Positions 13,189 through 25,623 of a stretch of 64,000 nucleotides of DNA are shown one piece after another. The stretch's first letter is position 1; every line of letters starts with the position of its first letter. The translations under genes were made by a program, and so were the position numbers. Where the stretch lies: contig NC_087437.1 in NCBI RefSeq assembly GCF_036321535.1, forward strand, positions 58,158,001-58,222,000, given 5' to 3'. The notes under the pieces are model-generated. The model was given only the letters and a program-made list of their open reading frames with translations, was not told where the DNA came from and searched no databases. This DNA is from Camelus dromedarius. Its lineage: Eukaryota.

Positions 13189-13809
13189 AAGTGATATGAT
13201 TTAAGTGGGTGATAAATAGAAAATCTGTGGAGGGAGAAGAGGAGAAAGGATAGCTAAGATCTCTCTAAATGCAAAAATAAAGGGAGGCTATGCATCTACT
13301 TACCCTCACAGAACAGAGCTCAGAGATGCCAAAGATGTTGCACATTTATGTATATCTTGGTATCTATGAACAGTATGGTAGAGTAAAAGGAATTCTAACT
13401 TGGGAGCCAGAAATTATTGTTTTGGTCCTAGTTCTAATAAAAACCTGGAGGCCCTTACCCATATTACTTCCTGTCTCTAGGTCTTAACTTCAATATACAC
13501 AAATTACAGAGGCTAGACTTAATCTCCAAGACCCTTTCCAACTCTATGACCATGACTGATAGAGATGATAGATTGTGATACCCATCTGCCTTAACCAATA
13601 GTAAAATCGATCCAATATCCCAAAGGATACAGAAAAGCACTAAGTACTGTGTTGTGCACAAGAGGTCAGGAGCTGGACTAAGATGGATCTCCTGCCAGCA
13701 ATTGGAGGTTTTCTGTTGTTAACTCTCTCAACAGGTTGTTTCGTCCATCTTCCTTTCAGTGTAGATGCCTGAGAGTTTTTCAAGCAAAGAGAGCATTGCC
13801 AGAAATAAT

Positions 13810-14035
13810 TATTGATGATAATATTAATAATAACTAAACATTTTGAGTGCTTACTGTCAGCCACTGTACTAAGTGAATGCCTTGCATGATCTCATTTAAT
13901 TCTCTCAGCATTGTAAGGTAGGGGCTATTATGTCCCACATCTTATGGATGAGGAAATTGATGCCCAGGGAATAATTTACCTGAGGTTACACTTCACCTCA
14001 GGCCTGCCTGCCTTCAACACCCATGATCTTAACAT
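13810..14035 (-). mobile_element. MIR
   Basis: ataactaaacattttgagtgcttact...ctcatttaattctctcagca...gatgaggaaattgatgccca. Confidence 0.75.
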
Positions 14036-17000
14036 ACTCAAGTACTTCAGAATGGTACCCGCGTCATACTTACTATTTATCAAATGTTCACTACGTGAAA
14101 TGAGGTAGGCTAAGAGTTTATAAGTTAAAGTAAGCTTTCAGAGTCTAGGTAGGTAGATGGATTTTGGACTCAAATGATTCTTAAGAACTTTCTGACCATT
14201 GGAGCTATCCCAAAGTAAAAGGAACTGACTCAAGAGGTCATAAGTTCCCTGACACTGAGATTTGTTCCCCTAATTTGGAAGATACTTAGAGAAGTTTCGA
14301 GAAAGTGTGAATAATTATGCGGGGCAAGAGAATGAACATGGGCCCCCTGTGAGCTCTCTTGCATTCTGAACTCCTATGGAAAGGCTGAGGTTGGCTGTTT
14401 AAGATATGGCCTGGGGGGAAGATAACTCTTAGACCTGTCAGAAAACCTGTCAAGAACATGGAGTATTACTAGAGTTAGCCATGCAATCACGTGACTATGA
14501 ACTTGCATAGACTGTAAATCAACAAAATTAATGCAATGAATGTGAGCCTAGCGTCTCACTGAGAGAAGGGGTGCAATTTATCACATATGTGAACTGTGCA
14601 CTGGGTGGGCCTCTCACAGCTCAAGTCAGGGATTGAGATTTGCTCCTTTGCAATGCAAGCCCCAGCTCCAGTATTCCTTCTGCAACATGATTTTCCCTGA
14701 GTGTCAGATAAATCCCAGGGCTTCAGTACATTTCTTCAGCCAAGGAGAAGATCATGGCCTAAAACAGAAAGAGTTCCTTGGCTACTGAATTTCAACCACA
14801 AATTTGATGTTCTACCAGCAACAATAAATATTGCTCCTATTGAGATCATTCTCAGTCCTGGGTTTTGTCTTGGTGCAGGAGGTGAGCACACAGTGAGTCA
14901 CTATCTCTTCTTAAGTGGATGTGAACAGGACTTCTGACGCTAGCATTTTTGGGGGTTGTATAATCTTAAATGAGCTCAAGCTTTGAACACATGAATGAGC
15001 ATGAGATTATCTGGGTCCTGCCCAGACGATCAAATGAGACTAAACTAGGGCCCCCAAATTAATATTCAGTGTTTCCATTAGACACGCTGTCATTTATTCT
15101 TGCTATGTTAGCGTGATCACCAGGTTCACCCACCTTATGCACAGACGGGAAAACTGAGGACCAAGCGAAAGGAGTCTTTTACTTTTCCAGCATGACTGGG
15201 ACTACAGTGAGGACCACAGAGTTCACGGCCACCCAGGGCTCTTTTCAATACTATCAAGCCCCACTCCACTGCGGCTGAGCTGAACTGTGGATGGAGCAGG
15301 AGGACTTGCCTACTGAGCGCTGAGAGGGGGCTGGAAGGGGCAAGTTTCTCGCCCCTGGGCTCAGAGCTGGATGAGGTGTCTGGTTAATTGGGGATGACCT
15401 CTCAGGGCCTTTTGAGGCTTTGCACTACTTCTTTAGCCACCAGGATAGGATCAGGCAGGGCCTGAAGCAATGAATCGCTGATGTAGGGAGGTTTTTGTTT
15501 AAGAGCAAATTTTGGTCGTAGCTGAGGTAAGAGCGTGTTCCCCAAGCGTGAATTTTCACGAGGGATTATTCTTTCTTCTGAAAGAGGATGAGGAAGAGGC
15601 TTTCACATGAATATAGCAGAAGGAGGGATGAGGAGAAAGGATGGACTCCAGGCAAAAGCTGAAGGACCTGTTTTTCTGACGTTCTCCAGGAGACCGATGA
15701 GTAAAAGCAGCCCTTCTCCGAACCCAAGTGATGTGGTGTGGGGAAACGAGGCAGTTTCCTTCTTGCCTGCGAGGGCCTGTTATCTCTTTACTCATCCGGC
15801 TGTTTCAGCATGCAGCTTTGGGAGCCCTAAGAGAAGGAGCTTAGGAGACTTGGTCAAGGACCGGGGCAGCTGTATCAGACAGAGGTGCCACATGACACTC
15901 AAGGAGCATGGTGGGCAGGAGACTACATTCATAAGAATGTTCACGAGTTCACGTGAGATACCCATTTGGGAATGGTGCTGGGGAGGGGAGGACTTTGTAG
16001 GGGGGTGGTGGGTTCCTGTATCATGCTGGTAGGATGAAAGAGCCTATGAAATGTGGGTTATTAAGGTTAAGAAATAGCAAGAAACACGAAATAATACAGG
16101 ACAAGACTCACTGCCCCTCCCTCTTTCTACCTTTCTCAACTGCCCAAGGCTGCTTTTTAGAAATTTCTCCTTTTCAAGGCTATCCTTGACGTCCATTGAT
16201 TTTTAAATATGTAATGAAATGGCTGTGGAGAGGATAAGTACATGATATGATTTGCCATCAACTCTAAGCCTTTTGGTTTATGATCTGCTTGCTTTTAAAC
16301 ATTTAAAAATTGCATTTCCTTGCTATCTACAAATTTCAAAGCTCTATAATAGATGCTGCAAAGCACGCAGCCATGAATAAGGTAAAGTTCCTGGGATGCA
16401 GGAGCTAATAACACGGCAATGGGAGAGAAGACATATTCACAGCTGCGACCACTGAAAGCTGTTTGTGGTAAGTGGCTTAAGTGATACAAAAGACACATTT
16501 TAGGAATTGAGGCAGGTGGAAGCATACCTTGCTGGTGACAGCAAGGCAGACTCGATGGAAGAGCTGATATATCTCTTGGACTTAAAGCGATCCAGAAAGT
16601 GAGATTTATTTTCATTGCAAAAAAAATATTTTAATTACATTAAGTGCATACAAATCTCTAATAACAGGACATTTACTGCTGTAGTGACATTTATTCAACA
16701 AACTCTAAAAAATATGCTGATTGCCTTCTGACTTGCATACTTCTTGATAGACTGGTGTCAGGCAGCATGCCCCTATGAGGTCCCAAGTCACCAGCATGAA
16801 GTCCAGTTTGACCAGAGGATGGTGCCCTGCTAATTCCACGTAGAGTTGTTCAGGTATGTGCAGACCTAATATATAGCTCCCTCTTGTCCTTTAGGGTCCT
16901 GAACCAAGGGGAGTATAAGACTTAAAAGTAAGGTAGGTTGGAGGGCAACATATTTTATTTTCAATGAAGCTGAGCATAGAGAACGCAGTTTCAGTTTGTG

Positions 17001-17962
17001 GGCTAGAGTCTTCTGCCTACTGAATCCCAGAGGCAGATAGGCTTTCTGACCGACCCTGACTCAGAGCATGGAGAAGCAGAGCAGAATGCATGCTTCCGGC
17101 AGGAAGACCACATCTCCAAGTGGAAAAGGGGCGATGGAAGGCCCAGACTATGGAGATTAATTTCATAGTTCCAGCCAATCAGACAAGTCGCTCCTCCTCC
17201 ACAGGGAGGAACAAGACAGAAGCGAGAGAGGACCAGGCTGCTGTGGGAGTGAGGTTCCTCTTCTTGGAAGGGAAAGCTTGGGAGAGCATTTCCTACTCCC
17301 AGTCCCCACGGTAGTACCAAGGAGCAAGGAGAAGTCTGTGTAGCAGGGATGATAACTTAGCTTACTCCCGCTTAAAAGAACCAGCTGCAGTCTGGATGAA
17401 ATGCACTGAAGGGGAAAAAAAATCAAAACCACAGGAACGCACTCCTTTGTCTTCTTCTTGTCCCTTCCTCTTTCCTAGATCACCCTTCTCCATTCCCGTG
17501 TCCATCAAATCTTGGCCACAGAAAATTCTGCCTCAGTTTACTGTTGATGTCATTATACCTCCAGGTCCTCATTTAACGAGGAGTATCATGAGAGGCATCG
17601 TCTCTCAGGACGGGATGGGGAGGGAAGTGGGTCTCTAGAGTCATTTTCTTAGGCTACGTCTGTCATTTTACCCTAAACTGTTAGATTCTCTTTCGACCTG
17701 GTATGTTCGTGTCATCCCAGGTTCTGCTTAGTCCTGCCTGTTTTTAGTGGAATTCCTATTTATTCAAAAACTCTCTGGCTTACTCTAAATTCCTTGGATT
17801 CATCCTTTCTTACTCCCACAGCTGGAGAGAAATATACATCTATTTTTTAAATATAGACTAGTGGTATACATCTTATCCTCAAAATCCACACATTACAGAC
17901 AGCTATATGCTTAATAAATAAAACTAAACCTACACATGTGCTAACAAAATATACTAACACAT

Positions 17963-18311
17963 TGTGATGGATGAATGTTTGGCCCCGCCCCCACACAAAT
18001 TCGTATGTTGACACTGTAACCCCCAATATAATGATATTAGGAGGTGGGGTTTTGGGGGAGGTGATTAGGTCACGAGGGTGGAGCCTTCATGAATGGGATC
18101 AGTTGTGCTTGTAAAAGACATCCCAGAGAACTTGCTAACCCTCTCTCCTCCATGTGAGGATACAATGAGAAATAGGCAGTCTACGCATGGGAAGATATGT
18201 TGGCACAGAAACTGACCACGCTGGCACCCTGCTTTTGGACATAAATGTCTGCTGTTTCTAAGCCACCCAGTCTGTGGTGTTCTCTTACAGCAACCCGAGC
18301 TGACTGAGACG
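17963..18311 (+). mobile_element. MaLR LTR (MLT1A-like)
   Basis: tgtgatggatgaatgtttg start, gtgattaggtcacgagggtggagccttcatgaatgggat core, taagccacccagtctgtggt...gctgactgagac end. Confidence 0.85.
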
Positions 18312-18529
18312 TAGTTAATGTCCCTAGATTCCTTAGCGGACTAGCCAAGTAGTCTAGTCTGTTAGGAAACCTGGATTCAGTCTCAACCAGCTGCACAGTT
18401 TTGATTAGGTGTTTCAACTTCTCTGGTCTTTACTTCACTCTTCTATAAAATAAAGGAATAAGATTCCATTATTTTTGAAGTCCGGGGTAAGACTTACTGG
18501 TTTAAGTATTACTTAAAATATTAAAATTA

Positions 18530-19030
18530 TACATTATACATTTTTTGATAAAAATTCAAGCAATTTTTGAATAGAATAAACAGCCCAAGTCTGATTCCCT
18601 GCCCACTCCCTCTTTCCACCCCAGATATAATTTTATGTAGTTACATTTTTATGGATTTACTTACATATGTATTTATCTTTGTGCAATACCACTGTTTCCT
18701 ATAAATGAAATTATATGTAATTCTATAGTTTGACTTCTTACTAGAAAGTGTAGTTTTGTGATCTCATTTCACAACACTAGAACACTTCATCAACTGCTGT
18801 CAGAGATTTTTATGTTATGGCTATTCTGTAGCTTATAAAGCATTCTCTCTTTTATGAATACTTATGTTGATGTCAGTTTTTGCTATCACGAGCAGTGCTA
18901 CAATAAATACCTTAGTACATGCCTCTTTGTATATATATGCCACTATCTCCTGGAAGAGAGACACCCAGAAGTGGAAATTTTGCTCTAAGTGTGTAAATAT
19001 TTAAATGTAGCTAGGCGAATGGGTGGGATT
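18530..19030 (-). mobile_element. Old L1ME/L1MC 3' fragment
   Basis: cagtttttgctatcacgagcagtgctacaataaatacctt...cccagaagtggaaatt. Confidence 0.55.
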
Positions 19031-19084
19031 TCGGCAGTGGTGATTGGAACTCACTCCCTGCTTTACGAGTCATACTTATCAAAA

Positions 19085-20605
19085 ACTCTCCTTGACATTT
19101 CCACCTGAGTGTTCTACAGATGTTTTATTGTTCAAAATATGACTCTATTTTCCTCCCCCAATTTTTCTCTTTCCCGGTCTTCCCCAATTCATTAGATGGC
19201 GCCATCATCATCTCAGTGTATAGGTCTTCAAATCACAAGTCATCCTGTATTGCTAACTTTCTCTTATCCTTCAAGATTTGTTGGTTCTACCTTCAAATTG
19301 TAACTAGAATCCATTCACTTTCTTTAACCTCCACCATCACCACCTTGGTCCAAGCCACCATTCTCTCTTTCCTGGTCTATGGCTATAACTTTCTAACAGA
19401 TTTTCCGGCTTCTGTCCTCTACACCGCCCCCACCATTTCAAATGCTCTATCTATACTGAAGCCAGAGTAATATTTTTAACATATAAATTTGAATATATGA
19501 TTTTGATGCTTTAAATTCTTTAATGACTTCCCATCTCACTATAAGCAAAACATAAGCTCCTTCTCATGGCATGTAGATCCCATATAACCCTATGCAGTCC
19601 CACTTCTTTGACCTCACTGATCAGTTTTTTTTTTTTCATAGTGAGATCTTTATTTAAAAAACCCATTTGCCAACTTAGTGTTTTCCACCTACTTGGGGCG
19701 CAGAAACCTTCACAGGCTTCACAGTCCTTTGCTTAGGTGCGGCCTTTGTGAGAGCCTTTGCAGCAGCCACTGTTGTCTTTTTAGGTGCTTGCTTAGCCTT
19801 TTTGGCTGCCTTGGCAGCCCTGGGAGCCTGTTCTTGTTGAGCCTTCCAAACTCCAGGTTTCTGATTCCTCTTGGCCATTATATCAGCAAGAAATGAACCA
19901 GTTATGGCCCTCTGGAATTTGACTGCACGGCGAGTTCTTTTCTTTTGAATTTCTTCCAATTGTCCCTTTTTGTGCTTTCTTCTGTAGAGGACAGTCCAGT
20001 TGATCTGCCGAGGATTCCCCTTGGAAAGGAAAGCCAACTCACATTTTGCATTAAGAAACTGGAAAACCTTCCCATCGGTCCTGGCATAGCACCTCCCGTG
20101 TCCTGGGTCTATCTTGTACCTGCTGAAACTGCACAGCTCGACCTTCATGGTTGCGAATGGGCCGGGAGAAGGGAAGATGGTGAAGAGTGGGATCAGTTAT
20201 TATATTATGGTCATTTTTCTTTCAATTCAGTTGCCTGAACTTACCAATTCCATTCCCACCACAGAGCCGTCACATTTTCTCTCCCACTGCCTGGGATGCT
20301 CTTTTCCTGTTCTTTGCACGGCAGGCTCCTTTTTATTCCTTGATTCTTAGTTTAATGTCATCTTTTCAGAGATACTTTCCCTGAAGCCCTGCCTCTCTGC
20401 CCCGGCTACCCTCTATCACATTGCTCTATTGATTTCCTTCACAGCTCTAATAAGAATCCAAAATGATCTTGTTTAATTATTGGTTGCTTGTTTATTTATC
20501 TGCCAACCTCACCTACAGTTAAGCTCTATCAAGGTAAGGACCCTGTCTATCTTTTTGTCTGCTTTGGGCAGACAGCAGATGCTCAACAAATGGATGCTGA
20601 GGGAG
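19085..20605 (+). mobile_element. L2, interrupted by the RPL24 retrocopy
   Basis: L2 motifs on both sides of the TSD (caccttggtccaagccaccattctctctttcctgg; cccactgcctgggatgctc...; cagatgctcaacaaatgg). Confidence 0.7.
19627..20190 (-). pseudogene. RPL24: Processed (retrotransposed) copy of 60S ribosomal protein L24 (eL24); ORF 20148->19675 is intact at 157 aa
   Basis: Translation MKVELCSFS...NAKCE...[18 protein letters not shown]...VGGK is colinear with mammalian RPL24 (157 aa) and has no introns. Pyrimidine-rich 5'UTR at 20149-20190. AATAAA on the minus strand (tttatt 19649-19654), T12 tract at 19625-19636, direct repeats gatcagtt at 19619-19626 and 20191-20198. About 21 aa differ from the human sequence as I recall it. 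Confidence 0.96.
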
Positions 20606-21671
20606 TGAGGAAGCTTTTCTAGCAGGGGTAATACTTGCTACGGGAAAGGCATGGAGAATGGGGAGCGTGGGTACCATCTAGACCAGAGAGAATCGGGGGT
20701 AACTGAATGGCAGAGTTGGACAGGAGATGCCAGAGAAAGGCTAGAAGGAAAAGTCCCCTCCAGGATGCAGAAGATCTCCAGTGACAGAGTTGGTCCTCTC
20801 AGGCAGGAGAGGCTGCCAATGCATCCTAGGATTTGAAATTTGACATCCTAGGGTGTCATTTTTTGAAAGTAGCTCTTGGCACATTTGCTTTATATTTCAC
20901 TTTCAGGAAAGCTCGGAATCTCTTTAAATTCACAACTTGTTTTTCTAGATTTGTCATGATTTGACTCCATTTGATGGCTTCGAGTTGTAAGAACTTAATA
21001 AAGTGGTTTCCAATAAACTTGTGGGCCCCTTATTCATTTTCTTTAAGTCAAGAAAGGTACAGATTTCCCTAACAATTAAAAAACAGTCCACAGTGACTCT
21101 AGGTATTAAGGTATGTGATAATCTCATTAAATCTCTTAGTATAATTAGCTTCTTCTTTTTCCTTAAGGGATATTCATATGCGTTTCAATTAAAAGATATT
21201 TTTAGGTGTTCTGAGGTATGTGATTTCCTTTATAAAAGAAAAAGCTCAGTCTCTTTTTTGTTGTTTGAACAAAAGCCACTGATCCCGTTGAATGATTTTA
21301 GATGTATGTTTCTTATTTACTTAGAGCTGTAAGTTACGACATTTAAAGATCAAGGAATGATTTATTGACAGCTCTGGGAATCTCACAGAGAAAGTGCCAA
21401 GACCTCTGAGTTGCAGCATGTGTCTACTGTCAAGAGCAGGGGATCCTAACATTGGGCCCTGGGTTCAGTCTGAGGCCTGAGCCTGCTGCCAGTCCTCGGG
21501 GGAACTTGCAATCACCCCACTTCTCGCTGTCATTAACTTGGAAATCAAAAGAAAAATGTGGTTTGCTTTAGATATGATTTCTCATGAGCACTCAGCTGCA
21601 GCAGAGGTGCCTGTTTCTATTAGATGCATTCTTGGGTTTAATATAGGAATCTCTCCATGAAGAACCATTTT

Positions 21672-21855
21672 GGGGGGGCATAGCTCAATAGTAGAGTGTG
21701 TGCTTAGCATGCATGGGGTCCTGGGTTCAATCCCCAGCACCTCCATTAAAAAATTAATTAAAACTAAGTAAATAAACTTAATTACCACATGCCCCCCTCC
21801 CCCAGAAAAACAAAACCACCCCCTCAATTAAAAAATATTAAAGAGGGTATAAAAA
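21672..21855 (+). mobile_element. Full-length tRNA-derived SINE, Vic-1-like (camelid)
   Basis: ggggggcatagctcaatagtagag (A box), gggttcaatccccagcacctcc (B box), A-rich tail. TSD aagaaccatttt (21660-21671) / aaggaccatttt (21856-21867). Confidence 0.9.
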
Positions 21856-22524
21856 AAGGACCATTTTATTTTTGTTAGATGAACAAATGTTAAGCAAAAC
21901 ACAGTTTAAAATATCAGTCAGTAATCACCTTTTAAAATAGATAAATACTCCAAACTTTAAAATTTAAGCTGCATTTTTCATTTGCATCCCCAAAGTTTGT
22001 TCCTTCTTGTTAATGGGTCACCATTAGATTAAAAAAGCTAAAGTAATTGTAATCGAGATGTTATTTGGTTCTTATTTTATCCTGAAGTTAGCATATTAAT
22101 AAAGCAGCATATGAGTATCCTGCTGTGTAAACTATAAACCAAATTTTCAGAATGGGTTTGCAGCCTAGTAACAACAGAGACTTGTTAGAACATCACTAAC
22201 TTTTCTCTATCATTTAAGCCTTTTGTTACTGTTTTTCATCCTTCTATTGTTTGCAATAGTCTTAAAATGTAGTTTTCAAGGTGTCACTTTTAGGAATGAG
22301 ATTAGGACAGGAGTGAAAAGGAAGTAAAAGAAAGGATGGAAGAAGAAAGGAACACAGAAAGGAGAGGGATAGAGAAATAGAGAATAAAAGAATCAAAGGG
22401 AAACCAAGACATGTTTTGTTTCTCTTTTCGAGGCCCCAAACTGTCTTTTGAATCATAGTAATGTTAGAATTGTGGGGTTTCTTTTGCAACAATCTATTTT
22501 TATTTTCTTAGTTCATTGAAAAAA

Positions 22525-23230
22525 ATCTTTTTATTTTGAAATAGTTATAGATTCACCAGAAGTTGCAAAGATAGTATGAAGAGGGCCAGTGCATCCTTCA
22601 TCAGTTTCCTCCATTGGTCCATCTTAATTAGAGTACAGTGTCAAAACCAGAACATTGGGATCATATTTTTAGATTCCACACATAAGTGAAATCATGATTT
22701 GTCTTTCTTAAAAGAATATGAGAAAGACTATATATATGTATGTAAAGCTGAATCACTATGCTGTACACCAGAAACTGATACAACATTGTAAATCAACTAA
22801 ACATCAATAAAAAAAAACAAAAAAACCCTCCAAAAATCCTGCAGAACATTGACATTGGCATGTTGTGAGTATGCAGTTCTATGCCATTTTGTCACATCTG
22901 AGGTTGATACAACTTCGGCAATCAAGATACAGAACTAATCCATCACCCCCATGATCTCTGTCTTTCAATCCCTTTATATTTACACCTTTTTCTCTTCTCC
23001 ACCCGCCTCCCTCTCCTGCCCATCCTTAACCCTTGGAAACCTCTCATCTGTTCTCTTTTTCTATAATTCTGTCATTTCAAGAATGTTGTATAAATGGTAT
23101 CATACGGTGTGAAGTGTTTTGAAACTCTTTCCAGTCAACATAATTCCCTTGAGATCTGTCCTTCTGTGGGTTTATCAGTAGTTGGGACCCTTTTATTGCT
23201 AAGTGGTATTTCAAGAATCGTGTTTGAATG
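22525..23230 (-). mobile_element. Old L1MC-like 3' end, host of a younger L1 insertion
   Basis: ttttattttgaaatagttatagattcaccagaagttgcaaagatagta... continues across the insertion as aaaaccagaacattg|acattggca. Confidence 0.7.
22658..22841 (+). mobile_element. Young L1 3' end with 5' inversion
   Basis: TSD cagaacattg (22648-22657 / 22842-22851). Antisense piece at 22661-22708, then sense 3' terminus and A-rich tail from ~22710. Confidence 0.8.
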
Positions 23231-24186
23231 ATTTGATGAATGCTAAAATGCCCTCTAGTCAAGAAGGCATTGTTTAGATCATCCTGTACTAACTCTGAGA
23301 AAATTAGGAATCCTATATGATAATGGTCAATTGCTTCCATTTGGGTTTCTGAGCCTCTGCACAAGCCACATCATCTCCTAGAACTGCCCTTCTCCCCCTT
23401 GGCCTCGTTCGGAACTCACCTTCACAAATCCCTTGCTGAACCCCATAGTGGTCTGTTTGATTCCTCTTCCCCTGCCTTCCTTGTCCAAGGAGCAATGGCG
23501 TGGCCTTCCTCAACGCTCTCACTGCATCTCTTCTCACCTCTTATGACTCCGTGGACATGTTTTTCTCCTTCACTAGACTGGGTGATTAGAGGGTGGGGAG
23601 AAAGCCCTCTGCAGTTCCTGATAATAAGTGGCCTGTTCTCAATGAATACTGGTCATACCGATTTTGATTTTAAGTGCATTGGGATAGGGGTTCTTGCTTT
23701 GTTGGCACATGGAGAAATTTTTTAAAAACTCTGATGCGTGGATCTCATCCCCAGAGATTTTAACTTAACTGATCCAATGTGCAGTTAGGGCATAAGGGTT
23801 TTAAAACCTCCTCAGTTGGTTCTACTGGGCCACCAGACCTAGAATTGCCTGGGTCAATATCAAGAACCTCTATATTAGGTAGAAATTCATCTCTAAAAGA
23901 GACACTGTTTTAGCCTGTTTTTTATTTATTTATTTATTTTTTAGCTATCCACAATACTTTTCTTTTTGTCAAAAACACGCATTTACTTGCATTTTGATGT
24001 TCAGGTGCCTCCTCTATGTTAACAGAAAAGTTCTGTGTGTGAATCAGAATATGATTTTGTGAATTTTGCCTATTATGTTGATTCTATGGAATCCATTCTG
24101 CAAACAGAAAAAGTATGTTCTCTACTCTCCACAAACTTTATATCAATTCAAAACACATTCCTGAGGCTTCTAAAGAAGTCATTAAG

Positions 24187-24364
24187 CAGCGCCGTTCAGC
24201 CTTGGCTGCACATTAGAGTCAGCTGGGGAGTTTTAAAAATCCCAGTGCCTGGGCTGCACCCCACACCCATTAAATGAGAGTCTCTGGGGACGAGACCCAG
24301 CCATCAGCACTTTGTAAAGCTCCCTGGGTGATTCCAGTGTGCAGCCAAGGTTGAAAAATCATTG
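24187..24364. mobile_element. MER5A-type hAT-Charlie MITE
   Basis: Inverted arms ccttggctgcaca / tgtgcagccaagg. Degenerate 8-bp TSD tcattaag / tcataaac. Confidence 0.85.
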
Positions 24365-24826
24365 TCATAAACGAATACAGTTCCTTTGGGCATTCGCGAT
24401 TTATCTTTGTAAATATAGATGTTAATTCTTTTTGTTTGCGTGAGTTAACTTTTACATTAATTGGGTGAAAAGTAAGAAGTGTCACTTATTCTACCCTCAT
24501 GCTTTAAAAAAACTGGCTGTCATAAATGAATGCATAGCACAGGGAACTGTGCTCAGTATCATGTGGTAACTTAGAGTGAAAAAGAATGTGAAAATAAAAA
24601 AATAAAAAAGAAGGAAAAACCAAAAATAAAAAAAGAAAAAGAATCCGTAGCATTTTACTACTGACAGAGTACCTTCACATCCACCTGCTCGTTTATTTCT
24701 TACGAGACAAAGCAAAACAAAGAAAGCAAGATAGAAAAGAGTAATGATTAACTTTATGCCCCAATTTTACAGATGAGAAAATCAAGGCATAGAGTGATGT
24801 AGGATCCAAAGATAGATAAAGTGTAG

Positions 24827-24976
24827 CAGGGCCTATGAAGAGGCATGTGAGGCACCTAGAACTTGAAGGAGGCCCTCGTTCTCAGGGTTGTGTGAATACA
24901 AGTTGGCACCCGAGTGTGGGTACCACCTAATGTTGTGCTCCCTGGGTTCCTCATGTCACCCTCCTTCCAGCTTTGG
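24827..24976. mobile_element. MER91-like hAT-Tip100 MITE nested in a MIR
   Basis: cagggc...gtgaggcacctag...aaggaggccctcgttctcagggttgtg... palindromic organisation. MIR sequence on both sides. Confidence 0.6.
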
Positions 24977-25130
24977 AAGTGAGTCGCCCCTAATCATAGT
25001 TAGGCAATGGAGGGAGAGATGCTAAGATCAGAATCCGGGGCACCTGTGATTTTCTTACTCCATCATCTTTATAGGTCAGGAAGTACACATTTATATTAGA
25101 AAGTGCAGAATTGCCTCTGCTTTAACATAG

Positions 25131-25623
25131 TGCAGTGGGTTGAATATTGCCCTTTACCCCGCAAAGGAAGTTTACATCCTAATCCTTAAAACCTGTGGAC
25201 ATGTTATTGTACATAGCAAACGGTACTTTACAAATGAAATTAAGGACTTTGAGATGAAGAGATTAGTCTGGATGATTCTAGTTGAGCCTAATGTGATCAG
25301 AAGAGTCCTTAAAAGAGGGAGGCTGGAGAGGCAGAGGCAGAGAAGGAGACATGAGGGTGGAGGCAGAGGTTGAAGTCATGCTATTGCTGAGAGGAGACTA
25401 TAAGCCAAGGAGTGCAGACAGCCTCTAGAAGCTGGGAAAAGCGAGGAATGATTCTCCCCTAGAGCTTCCAGAATGAACGAAGTCCTGCTGACACATTGAT
25501 TTTAGCCTGTAAGACCTACGTTCAGACTTCTGACTCTCCAAAACAAGAAGATAACAAATCTGTGTTGTTTTAAATCACTACCCTTATGGTCATTTATTGC
25601 AGCAGCAATAGAAGACTAATACC
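25131..25623 (+). mobile_element. MaLR LTR (MLT1D-like)
   Basis: tgcagtgggttgaat start, cctctagaagctgggaaaagcgaggaatgattctcccctagagcttccagaa core, gcagcaatagaagactaatac end. 5-bp TSD catag/cttag. Confidence 0.85.

Noticed and set aside
21672..21745. tRNA gene
   Set aside because: tRNA-like head is followed by SINE body, A-rich tail and TSDs, so it is a SINE.
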